Shown piece after piece: positions 41,189 through 54,859 of a stretch of DNA of 64,000 nt. The stretch comes from Amoeboaphelidium protococcarum X5 (taxonomy: Eukaryota; Fungi; Aphelidiomycota): assembly GCA_023515725.1 (NCBI GenBank), contig JALDTO010000155.1:1088984-1152983 (forward strand). The letters are read 5' to 3'. Made by a program: the position numbers and the translations under genes. The notes below the pieces were generated by a model, which ran no database searches, was not told the DNA's origin, and worked only from the letters and a program-made list of their open reading frames with translations. The first letter of the stretch is position 1; the number at the start of each line of letters is the position of its first letter.

Positions 41189-42552
41189 ATGACTAGTTTG
41201 GCTGAATTATTATTATATCGCGCACCTGCTGCTCAGATTTGTGATCGAAATAAAGGTAGATCTAGCACTAGATTGACTGTGGCGGTCAATCCGAGAGATT
41301 TGGAGGAATGCTCAATCTTATAGTGGGACTCGTTTGATATTGAGGTGGTGCAACCTTTCTAATAGCGCGTCGTCCCACTTTTAAATACTACCGTTATGTT
41401 CAGTTCGATAGATGATCCCCCGTATGTGATGTCCGAGAAATGTGTCCAAGATAACATAAAAACCTATATATGTCTCCCAGTAATGAAGCTTTTAAAGCAT
41501 TATTTCGATGAGAGGGTTCAGATTATAGGTAGTCAAGGAGGATTCTGCGGTAATCCTGATATGTCAGTTTAGTGGATTGTTGATGGGCGAGTAAAAGATA
41601 TCATTCCGGTCGAAGTGAAGAGTATGTGGGCTTTCGACGTTGGCGATGAGTTGTCTGATGTCCTGAACGACGGGGCAAATGATGACTATCAAAAGGTGAA
41701 GAAAGTCGTATCCTAAGTGTATGGCTATATGAGTATCAACCACTGCAAGTACGGCATTCTGTGCACGTATGACAAGTTTTATTTCTTGAAGCGTGATGGC
41801 TCGTAGCAAGGCTCCACGTTGTTGATTATTAAAATGGTTCATCGTGATCAAAGCGCACCTTATACAGTGGTGAAAGCATTGTCTGCTCTGATTTTGGCTG
41901 CTTGTGAAGATCACTTTTATTCATCACCGTACAGTACACCACCTTGTAGTAGAAGGTAGATATCGATGGATGCCGAACATTCGCTTGGATATTAGAAGGT
42001 TTTTAGAACCAATCAATAGTTGTACATTCATTAAATGGTGTCCATAAATTCTCAAGTTCGATATTGCGTGGTGGATTTGCCAAAGAAGCAAGATATTAAC
42101 GCGTCATTAAATTGGTGGATGTTGCCAAGTGTCCTGATGCAGCCGCAGATCTTGCGCGTGAAGTTAGGGCGTATCAGCTACTTGAGCTATTGCAAGGTAC
42201 CGTGATTCCCAAGTTTTATGGATATATCGATTTGGCTGGGTCGTTTGATTGCTTGCTGATTGAAGATTTGGGAGCCGGATTGGAAGATGATGAATGCAAT
42301 GATATCGAAAGTTAGATTATCGACAAGGTGAAATTATAACTGGCTTAAATGCATCAACTAGGAGTAGCTCATGGCGATATTGCATTGAGAAATATCATCA
42401 TCCACCGCGATTCCCTTGAGAGTAATCGACATGACGCTGTAAGAATCCTTGATTTTGGTCAGTGCTCGTTCCAAGGCGACAGTGGCGTGGACTTTAATGC
42501 CGCTTGCTTGAAAGATTTGTAAGATGCCGACTAGTTGTTTTAGAATCGATGA
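41189..42552 (+). CDS. PD-(D/E)xK nuclease + protein kinase fusion (Crinkler-type architecture); frameshift or short intron between about 41940 and 42060
   Basis: GNPD...IIPVEVKS...SQVYGYM...YGILCTY, then in another frame VIKLVD, EVRAYQLL..LQGTVIPKFYG, HGDIALRNI, ILDFG. Confidence 0.78.
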
Positions 42553-42670
42553 TCGCCTCTGCTCCCTGTATTCCGATGTAGATCCTGATGTATTTTACTA
42601 GCTGTTGTTTAAATTTTATGAAAATATATTGTATTTCTTATCATTTATTCACCGTTTTACTTCCTTTAAC

Positions 42671-43807
42671 TCAAATCTATTTAGCAATTGACTCAGTTGG
42701 TAAAATCACCTACGGGAACTTGTCGCGCATAGCTCGAAGTTTGCGAAAGCCAAGAACTTCAACTCTATCCTCTGCCCTTGTCCATTTATGCTACTGTATT
42801 AGACTTCGCAATTCCTCATCCTCAGTCACTTAAAGCAAGAATTTAACTAGTCTTGGATCATGGATGTTGTGTCTGCCGACAAACCCATACACACTGGATT
42901 CCACTACGACTGCATAAAGTTTTATTTTGCAAATTTAATCTAAATAAGTGTCGTGAATGACAAATTAATTGCCACCATTTTACTTAATCAGAGCCCACGA
43001 TCTCGTGTCTCTTAGACATTTCCGAAAATAAATCTGCGGTGTCGAATGTCTATACTCCCATCTAATGACATCACCACACACTTTGTTGTAATCAAAAGTG
43101 TCTTATTTTCTCAGAAGGTCGAACACCCAGACTTTCCTTTGGTTTGAAGATGAAAGCATCATTTCTTCAAGGACTCCCATTGGCTTTTCACCTGACAGAG
43201 AATACTTCAAAGCAGCATCGTAAAACCCATCTCTTTCCTCAGCAATCTCTAAAAGACTTTTGTATTGGCGATGTTTAGCAAGAGCTTCCGTAGCAAATTA
43301 GTCACTCAACATCGCGCTAGTACGGCTGTCTAACAGCAGAAATAGAATGACAGCTGTGCAACCAATTTCGGCAGCAGCCTTCATAGCTTTATCGCAGCCA
43401 AGTTCATTCTTGAAGCGATAGTTTTCAACCAACAGTTTAACGACATCCAGATGGCACCTTCCAGCAGCATTTTTAAGAGCAAGATTATCATGATCATATA
43501 TGTCAACGCGCATGTCGAGCAACAGCTCCCTCACAATAACAGTGTGGCCGTTCTTTGAGGCAGACATCAAGCATTGATTTTCTTTGATGGAAGGATCGAT
43601 ACCAAACGTCTTAACAGATATTCGGTAAGTATTCAAGTCACCAACTCTGCAAGCTCTTAAAAACGCGTATTGACGCGCATAGCTCCCCAATCCTGCATAC
43701 CATGGACGACTGATGACGCCACTACTAACCATCTCCTACTCATTTGTATGACCGCCATTAATGCTCAGCGCTAGAAAATACAATAAAAACCAGACAATAA
43801 TGACCAT
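42671..43807 (-). CDS. Secreted ankyrin-repeat protein
   Basis: Signal-like MVIIVWFLLYFLALSING; ankyrin repeats (CLMSASKNGHTVIVRELL, ALKNAAGRCHLDVVKLLV); 378 aa. Confidence 0.8.
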
Positions 43808-44578
43808 GATATAATGATATAGTGATATAATGATATAATGATGCGAGAGATCAATGTTATCAGACTCTAATCAACTTTTAAAAGGGAGACTTAGTGTCTT
43901 TGAGTGGCGCAGCATTAAAGGGGGTCACCCAAAATTTGCAATCATTTACATCCCTCCTAAGTCGGTTTGTATCAGCTTCACAATTAAAAAGTCAACATTC
44001 TTAATGTCTTATATTTACTGCATCAAAGTACCTTGTTTAATATAATCTATTTAGTAATGTTAACTGGATTTACACGATTGTATTGATAAGGCTCGTTGAT
44101 GAGAATGGGAATGATCGCATCAATAGCTCTGAATAGGAAAATTGTCGCTGAAAAGTTGTAATTTTAAATGATTTGTATTTTGTTATTTACCCTTAGATTA
44201 TAGCTTTTGAATTACAGCGTGGCAGTTTTGATCTCAACAAAGACTGCAATATGAATGTGTCAATAATGTTACGATTCATGACACATCTTCAAGTGATCCG
44301 ATCTGAGGTTGTGATTGAATCATTGCTGCGATAAAATGGTGGCAGTTGGCGTGTTACCTCTCTTCTAGAAAAGGAAAGAGTAAGATATTATTATTATAAG
44401 CTTGAGTGGGGTTATCATAATATTGCATCTACATTCTCGGGTTTCGTTGGCAATGAACCTGTAACAATAGTGAAGCGCGAGCATAATTAAGTGGATATGG
44501 ATACCGAGTGTGCAATCGTGTGCAATGTTTGAATCCTTCGACGGTTACGTTGGTCAGTCTACAAGACGAACGCGTGAG

Positions 44579-44727
44579 AGACATCATTCCCGTTGAAGTG
44601 AAGAGTATGTTGGCTTTTGACATTGGTGATGAGTTGTCTGATGTCCTGAACGACGGGGCAAATGATGATTACTAAAAGGTGAAGAAAGTCGTATCTTAAG
44701 TGTATGGCTATATGAGTATCAACCACT
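44579..44727 (+). pseudogene. Partial diverged copy of the nuclease core at 41596-41744
   Basis: About 150 nt aligning without gaps (DIIPVEVKS...QVYGYMSINH); flanks unrelated. Confidence 0.85.
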
Positions 44728-45262
44728 TCCTGAGCGCCACAAAAACTGCAACCCGGCAAAGTGTCAAAAGGCCCTCCTTTAGGATTGAATTTTGATAATA
44801 ATCATGATTGAATAGACTCTATTGACCACTTTGTAGGATTAATAAATTAAGGTTTTTCGAACATCTTTAAAAAAACACCGCATTAGTACATGTTTAGGAC
44901 CAGTTTCATGTTGAAATATAAAAAGCGTAATATCTCGCAGCCCATCTCCACTTAGGTGATCAAAACAGTATAACGCGATATTATACAGTCATTACCTACT
45001 ATAGATGAAGTGTATGCTCTGACACTACACGTTACATGCGATCATCACAAAAGCACTGTTTCTCCAACGCTTCAGAAGGAAGGAAGTGCGAACTGCTCCA
45101 CGATTCGTTTCTTCTCGCTTGGCCTATTTTGATTTTCTTTTCGACGGGAGAACAAGAAGAGACCTTTGAGATTTTATCCACTAGCTATTTCCCTCATTCA
45201 TATTGTAATCCGTCAGGCATTGACTTATATATCTCAAACATTAACTTTTGAATTACTAATAG

Positions 45263-46762
<1,500 letters not shown>

Positions 46763-46864
46763 GTTGAGCATTTTGAATATTAAGTAAATCAAAAGTTCAA
46801 TTTTATCATATATCAAGGTCAACATTAATAGCTATTGACACTTTTGATTCAGCATATTTTGTCA

Positions 46865-48816
46865 TCAGCAATTCTTTAAGGTGTTTCCCTACAATTACAC
46901 ATACATATCATCGTGTGTCACTATTACAAAAAAGGCATACCTGTGGTCTGTAACCTTCAATCCAATCTGAAGCATTGCATCCCTTGCAACAAAATGTGGG
47001 AGGATTCTCGCTGTTGACAACTTCAACGGGTAGTGCATCACATCTTAAGCATTTCCAAAAGGTTTTACTAACCGTCTTCACCTCTACTGAATGCTTCTAT
47101 TATGCACACATCTCATTCTGAAATGATGACAACTTGGAGCACTATAAGCAATAAAACTGACGCGTCTGCATTGAATGAACTCCACTGCCAGCATTGACTT
47201 TAAGCACATTCTTTAACGATTAATTACTGCTCTATTCACAAGCAGGCTGCTATGAACTGACAATAACTTTAGCCTTTTTAGATTTTCTCTGTGCCTACTC
47301 AATGATACGCTTCATAGCAGAGGATCTAGCCGACGCATCACCACTGAGTGCTTCATCCTATTCGATTTACAACTCCACAGTGTCAATCTTATCAGATCCA
47401 CTCTAATCAGCGGTAGACGAGTCATTATCGGACGTCGTACCAGATGAAGATTGAAACAGACTTCTTAGATCCGTCAGAGGTTTAGAGTCGGCACACTTCT
47501 GAGGACTCAAATTCGTTGACTCTTTATGACTTTCAAACATATCCTACCCAGTTCTCAACATTTACACGTATCTGCCACCTAGTGACTTTTACTTTAACAT
47601 CTTCTTTACCAGTTTCTCCTAATCTTTACTCATTGGTTGTTATGTTCGATTCAAAGAGGAACTTGCTTTACCGGTTTAATTGACAAGTGTAGTAGGAGCA
47701 TTTGCTACTTAGTGCTACAGTTGTTTAGTAGATAGAGCGGTGGTAGAGGTCAAAGAACCATTAACAAAATAGACACCATCTGATGACTTATTGGACTTGT
47801 CAAGTTGAACAGTACTGGCCATGTGTGGCCTATTCTACAACTACCTTTTCCTCATCTAACTGATGTGATGCCTACAATAATCTCCAATCTTCTGATTAAC
47901 CGGCATAGTACATGCTGATTGCGACTTAAATGCCACTCCTCTACATAGTCCAAAATGAGTAAACTTGCCCACTTGGAAGAATTGATTCGCCTTACTCACA
48001 GCAAATGCCACGTTCGTATTCACCTTATCAGTGGGTGGAATAACGTTGGGATTAGCAATGAGAATCACAGAAGACTAAGCAGACACAGACAGCGACTTCC
48101 AGTGTTATTCATACGCGTCATCATTGAGAAAGAGAGAGAATATCGGACAGTCCAGCTCATTCATCTAACTGATCTTCAACACCACGTATGGACCTTTGCC
48201 TTTGTTGTGCATCACCGCTTTCTCTGTGATGATTCCAAAAGTGACCCAATTGTATTGAGATAGCTCGGCAACAGCAGCAGATCCAGCCACAATGTTACTA
48301 AGCTTTACCACTTTGGAATCTTTGACCAGATTCTATACACTGTCAGCAGAGAGCACGCGATCACATATAGATATACCAGATGTGGGATCAACCTCTCCTG
48401 ATGATACGGCCGATGTTTCAACTTTTTCAAACGACGGCTAAAGACTCTGGCGCTCCTTAACTAACTCATAGTTCTTTTCCAATATTTTACTCCACTTGGA
48501 TCCATTCGCCACCTCTAATTACTACTACTCTTCACTCTTCAGCCTTTTCAGAATCATCTTATACGTGGCATTCAGTTCTCGCAATAACAATTGCGTTTAG
48601 TTGCCTACATTACAACTGTCCAGTCTCTTTTAGTTGTATCAAAATGGAAGAAATACCTGAACATTTGCGCGCATAAGAGTTAAATACACTCAACGCTGAT
48701 TTAATGGATCCGGGAACTTCGCTCTCATCCAAAACGTTATTATCAGCTTCATTATCACTATCATCTTCATCCAACAATGCATGCAGCAAGTCTTCTTCTC
48801 CTTCTTCAACTGACAT
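46865..48816 (-). CDS. MCM10: Replication factor Mcm10 with C-terminal zinc-finger domain (introns; 3' end approximate)
   Basis: DPTSGI, NWVTFGII, ILIANP, FGLC...CTMPVN...DYCRHH (CCCH), and C-terminal YCLQC...C...H...WKCLRC...CKGC. Confidence 0.85.
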
Positions 48817-49013
48817 TCTTACTGTATCTCACTAAACGCTCACTCGCTAATAAATGAACGACCTGTCGACTTTTCGCTTACTTCCCCTGATGTGAAACAA
48901 AAAAGCGCGCGAGAGAAACGTTTGATCACGGAGAGAATTTCAAAGGATTTCTTCTCTATCTGCTTTTTTGAATTGATTTTTGCTGATTGCTTGTACACTA
49001 TAAGAGTATAAAT

Positions 49014-50036
49014 ATGTCTTCTTCTAAAAGTGCTATAGATGTGGAATAACTGGATAAACTGTATCCGACATGTGTGCTAAATATCGGTATGGCTGGCAGT
49101 GGCAAGACTTCGTTGATGCAACGTCTGATAACTGAATGCTCTCGACGCGACAAGGAGTAGTTTGTCATCAATCTTGATCCTGCAGTATTGCACATCCCCT
49201 ATGAACCGACTATAGATATCCGCGACACTATCGATTACAAGGGTGTGATGAAGGAGTATAAACTGGGTCCGAATGGTGGTATCATGACCAGTCTGAATCT
49301 GTTTGCTACTAAATTTGATCAAGTACTGGATGTGGTGGATGAGAGGATCAATGTTAAAGCAGAAGACAATGATGGTGATGTGAATGGGAATAAGAGACTT
49401 GATTACCTGCTTGTAGATACTCCAGGCTAGATTGAAGTGTTCACATGGTCAGCTAGTGGCAGTATTATTACGCAATGCCTCATAAATTCTTATCCGACCG
49501 TGTTTTTGTACGTGATTGACGCGTAAAGGATCACTCATCCCACCACGTTCATGTCCAACATGCTGTACGCCTGCTCCATCTTATACAAGGATTCTCACTC
49601 TACATCCACCACTTCTGTTGAGAGTGATAAAGCTTCAGGTACTAAGCATCCGCTCCCTCTTAAAATGGTTGTCGTGATAAATAAGATTGATAAAGTCAGC
49701 GATAAAGCCTAATTTGCAGTTGATTGGATGAAGGATTTTGACACTTTTCAGGCGGCTCTGATGGAAGATTCCACGTTCATGTCTTCACTTTGCACGTCCA
49801 TGGCCCTGGCATTGGAAGATTTCTATGCTTTGTTGAAAGTTGTTCGTGTTAGTGCTGTCACTGGCGAGGGAATGGATGATCTTCTTGATGCCATTTCTGA
49901 GAGTAAGAGGGAGTATCTGGAAGTTTTATCGCAGTAAGATCTCAGCAATAAAGTTAAAAATGAGCGAAATGTTAATTCATTCATGAAGGACTTGTCATTA
50001 AACGCAGACTCTAATACTAATGAAGTGGCGAAATGA
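49014..50036 (+). CDS. GPN1: GPN-loop GTPase 1
   Basis: [37 protein letters not shown] (Q=TAG), [14 protein letters not shown]. Confidence 0.96.
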
Positions 50037-50119
50037 GAATATATATATACGTGCATTATTTAAACTAATCTTAATCTTTTATTCTAAATTCAGTTACATT
50101 ATAATCACAATACATATAA

Positions 50120-51568
50120 TCAGAACGGGAAATTAGGACGTTATCCACTTTAATTTTAGTTGTTATAAGTCAGAAAGGGATTAGAGTTTACACCTTAATT
50201 ATTGCCATCGAAATACGATCCAGACTGCTAAAATTATTACTAATATTGCTATTACTAAACCGGAGTATTCTAAATTGAAACTCCAAAGGGATTCTGCTAC
50301 TGAAATCCTGGCTAACTCATTGGCTAAAATTACTAATTCTATCCACCTTATTGGATTCCCGGACCATACGTATAACTTTACCCAAAATTTTATTGCTGAT
50401 TGAATTAAGGACCAGATGAGAAGTACTATTATTATTGTTATTACGGAGGCGCCATCATCATAGGAGATCCAGTAAATGACGATTACTATTGTTATAATTA
50501 GATCGGTGACGGTTAGTTGTACAATGCCAGTATACTATTCTTATTCAGCATTGGCTTACTCTGCTCTGGCTGCATCACAATAGCAGACGCAGTTCCATTC
50601 TGAGGTTGTACTTAAGCAATGCTTGAACTCTGATTTTACTAAACATCAGCCGGCAAAGTATTGTTAGGTGCAGTGGAGAACACGTCTAGAAGAAGCGATT
50701 CCTCCACTATTACCGGTGTGGTAATTTTCGCACCTATAGAGTGACCAGAATCTGAGCGAGCATCCACCCTGCGAGCCACGTTACCCATAGCTTACTGGAT
50801 TTGGGAACGTTGTACAGTGTCATCTCCCGCAACCAATGTTGATGAATTGGCAGACGATTTCCGTCTCTGCTCCTCTTCGCTCTTACGCCGCTGCTCTTGT
50901 TCCATCATAAAAGACTTGCGGCGCTCGTCAAAAGATGGAGGATCAACGTACACAGCTCTTGGTTACTTCTATAGCCACTGAGATGCATCTTAAACATTGC
51001 CGCTGTGTTCCTGCAGTGCGTATAAACATAATATGTTTGATTGATAGCCCATCGCTTGTAATTACTTGACCAAATGCTAATACTTCTCAGCAGTCTGCGG
51101 GGATACGCTGATTTTAAATCTACTATTGCTAGACTCTGGGAACATGAACTTTTTGTACTCATACTTGTCGCGGATGTACATCTCCATGTCACCATCGGAT
51201 GAGGAGTTTGTGGGCACAGGGAAGAGTTCAGGCCGGGGACAGAATTGCTTGTTCGCTTTGACATTACCCCATTTTTGCATCTGCTGAATCTACTCCAACG
51301 TCCACTAATCGAGAGTGATCGACCTCACTTTAGACAGATGAGTTCCCAACTTTCTATGCAAACCGCCGCATCTACAAATATCGAATAATCAAATCTATCA
51401 CATATCATGCACATAATCAACAGGTTACCTGATGCATAGAAACACTCCCAAGTTGTAAGAGGCCCAGCGAGGCCCTTTCTATCCACAATCACCACATTTC
51501 GCATTCTCCGGATCTCTCAGCATTTCCTGAAGCTCTTTCTCATAGTTTCCCTTTTCTTTGGCACTCAT
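50120..51568 (-). CDS. ArfGAP with UBA-like domain and Gln-rich NPF tail (Gts1/SMAP-like; one intron)
   Basis: CGDC...[39 protein letters not shown], and NPF motifs. Confidence 0.9.
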
Positions 51569-51893
51569 AATGTTCGTTTTATTATGCGTATATAACAAGA
51601 GTAATACTTGCACTGTATATAAGTTACTAAAAATGGTATACTGACAAAGAAATATGATTGTTTATTACAAGTGAATAGGGATGATTTCAAGTGGCTAACG
51701 ACAGTGATGATGTTTGCCCATTGAGCGATCAAACAATACAGCCAGCTTATCGACTGAAGCCTTAGTTAGACGCTGAACTGAATTACAATAATTTGATATA
51801 TATCCGAAATTAAAAGAAGAGCATTATTGAAATAATAAATAAGAGCAATACGTATATATAGCAGATGACAATATATTAAAGCAATCAAAAATG

Positions 51894-53519
51894 TCATGAC
51901 GCGATGTTATCGGTATTAGTAATTTTGCTAGTGTCTTTAATCAGAATACGTATCTAGCTTTTCTGCAGATAGTCCATTAGAGATGGAGCAGATATGAGCT
52001 AGCCTTGGAACGGTAGCTAAGAGATGAAATCTTCCGGAGCTATTTCAACCAGCTTTTTTTGTTATTACAACTTTTATGGCGATGAAGATTATGATGTTGA
52101 ACCATTATCTGACTTGTTGTACCTTTTAAACACAACACCGAGAGAGTGAACACAATCCTTCACCTCATCGCGAGATAACTTGGATAAATCTCCAGTAGAG
52201 GGGGACTAATCTTCGTCAAGATCGCCAGCATCTTTATCAGCTGCATCAAACAATTCCAATACAAACCTCGTGATGGGAACTTCTTTAAAGTTTTTAGCAC
52301 TCTTAAGAGCATCGGACGGATTTAGCTGGGAGCGGATATGATCGACGCTGTACTGATCAACGCCCTCCTCGGCTAATACCTTGTTCATAAGCATAGAACC
52401 GGCCAGCTCTTCCATAATATCTTCGTCCAAATCTTTATAATCTGCAGATAGACTTTGACTCACGCGTCCACTGCTCTAGTGCTTCAACTTGAATTTTCGA
52501 AGATTAGCCGTGAAATCGCGCGTTGTCTAAGCACCAGCACTCTTATCAATCTTCCAGCCTTCTAGCCTGAACACTAGTGCAGTGCAATTATCCTGCGTGC
52601 CAAATCTCTCAGCGTAATCCACAAGTGTTGAAGCGGCAGATTATGGCTCTTTACAATGCTTTACAATGTCCACAGCTTCCTGATTAGACATGACACTCAT
52701 CACACCATCAGTAAGGAACAGGAGGAATGAGTCTTTATCAGTCAGAGATCGGTGTATGATGTCTGGTTGACATGAAAGCACTTCATCACCGTATTTATCT
52801 TTCAGGAATTTCACACCAATCGACCTGGTGACGCCCAGCACACCTAATGCATTAACATGACCAAATGAGTCTGCCACTACAAATCCGCCAGCCTTCTCCA
52901 ACCGCTTCCTCTCGGACGATAGAGTAGGAGAATGAACCGTGGTGAGAACTTGCGCATTGCCCAGCATGACATCGCTCATCAAAATTCGTGTGTCTCCGAG
53001 ATGCGCAACTGTCATCAGCAGAGATGGAAGCGGAGGATTAAGCGTCGAAGGTTTGTATGGGACTTGTATAGACTAGAGCACGGCGACAGAAGCAGTGGTA
53101 CCATCTCTGGATCCATCTGGTTATGATTATCGAAAGTCAGAATCCAACAAGCGAAAAGCCTCCTTCAAACTCTACTCAAGCATAGATTAGTGTTAATGCA
53201 GTCCCCGTGCTGTGACTTTGTCATCTTTCTATCGCGATTGCTCGCTATCATATATTCGACTATACACACTCTAAAGTTGTGTCGCAAGATTACTAGAAAC
53301 GTATTCTGATGCTTTCGGACCTCCATGACCATCAAACACACCTAGTAATATGGCATCGGTTTTACCCAGCTTTATCTTCTACTTCACAAATCTATCTTCA
53401 TTATACCTTCTTATTCCCCTGGTGCTATAAACACCACACTATTACGGCTATACATCCAATTTTAAAGATAATTTCCCTTGCCCACTCTAGAATCTCCGCC
53501 ACTACCTGCAGATTGCCAT
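51894..53519 (-). CDS. PP2C phosphatase, probably mitochondrial (Ptc6/PPM1K-like)
   Basis: RRYNEDR, VFDGHGG, AHLGDTR, VTRSIG, TDGV, GTQDNCT; Arg-rich N-terminus. Confidence 0.9.
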
Positions 53520-53845
53520 AGAGTAAAAATTCCAACAGATGCCGCTATTGGAATAAAATTTCCCAATATACGGTAGACAGCGAAAATACAATTTATTTGA
53601 CTTACTACAGCGGAGAAGAAGTTATAGTATGCTTTTGCAAATTTTTCTGATTTCACTCAACTCCCTGAAACTTTATCGCGCGACGGTCTCTCGAGATTCA
53701 GTTGCCAATTCTACCGTACGTTTACACGAGTTGTTTCAAATATCAATTTTTCTCCATTGTTTTGCTCTAAAGTTATCAAGTACTGTCTGTAGTCGAGCAT
53801 AATTACTATAACATCTTCAAATATATTGATTAATCGATATTTAGT

Positions 53846-54756
53846 ATGAGAAGATCAAATGGGTGGTAAAGTCCATATGCAAAGAGGTTCATGTTCATGA
53901 TGGTGATGATGGCATTCACTTTGATACTGGTGGTGGGATGTCCTTTGATTCTTGATGATACTGCTCTAAGTATGGTACAAGTAGATTTTCAGTAACTTAT
54001 GCTGGTCAGAATACTCTTACTGATAATACCTCTCAGCGTCTATTCATTCTGCATCATCTTCGGATATATGATCATCTCTAGAGATATTGGACTCTCTAAT
54101 ATCGGCACAGAAATCATTGATGAATTTTCTCAATCTGTTTCATCACCTGTTTAGTTGAAGCCTCAGATCAAGCGATGTTTCAAGTGTTCACTGGAAGTGT
54201 CAATTGACACGATTCATTGTAGATATTGCGACAAGTGTATTCCTAGGATGGATCATCACTGCTTCTTTTTAAACACCTGCATTGGATAAGGTAACTATTG
54301 GCTGTTTCGGTGACTAGTTCTGGCAAGTGCAGTTTTGTTTTTACTTCAAACTGTCATTTGCCTGTGGTCTGTAGTGCTTCGCTTTGCTCTATACGGTAAT
54401 CTCGCGTTTCTGTCAGTCTTTGAGTTGAATTAATGGACATCCATTGTTATCGTGGCTTTTACATCTGCCGGTACTACTATTAATTTGGTTAGTGGCGTTT
54501 ACTTGCTCTATCTGTATTCATTCCATTTCTTTGTTCTAGGTAAAATTATATATACAGGCTTGCGTTAATTTACTATCGTAATCGTAAGTGCCAGTGTAGA
54601 TCGCATGCATATCACAACTATTGAATATGCGCGAATACAACGAAATTAAAAAAGCAATTCTCTTGGTGCGAATTTCAACACCACCACCTGGTTATCATCA
54701 ATCTGGAGAAGAAATAAAGTTTATCCGGAAGCAGGAATTCATCAAATAGTAAAATG
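53846..54756 (+). CDS. DHHC palmitoyltransferase (ZDHHC1/11-like) with in-frame TGA at 54311; intron about 54540-54599
   Basis: [34 protein letters not shown]; after the TGA come two TM helices and the TTxE motif (ITTIEY). Confidence 0.88.
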
Positions 54757-54859
54757 ATTGTTGTCCAAGATGTGTCTAAATGCAGAAGGTACAAATTAGG
54801 CAGAATTGACTAAGATTGACTATACTATTCATATTCAATTTTCAAATGATAATCAATTC

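Noticed and set aside
43806-43843. (ATGATATA)n tandem repeat, and the (CT)n run near 15985-16002
   Set aside because: Simple short repeats with no further evidence of function.
54311-54313. Selenocysteine codon
   Set aside because: The position is not a conserved Cys of the DHHC domain and I could not see a SECIS element.
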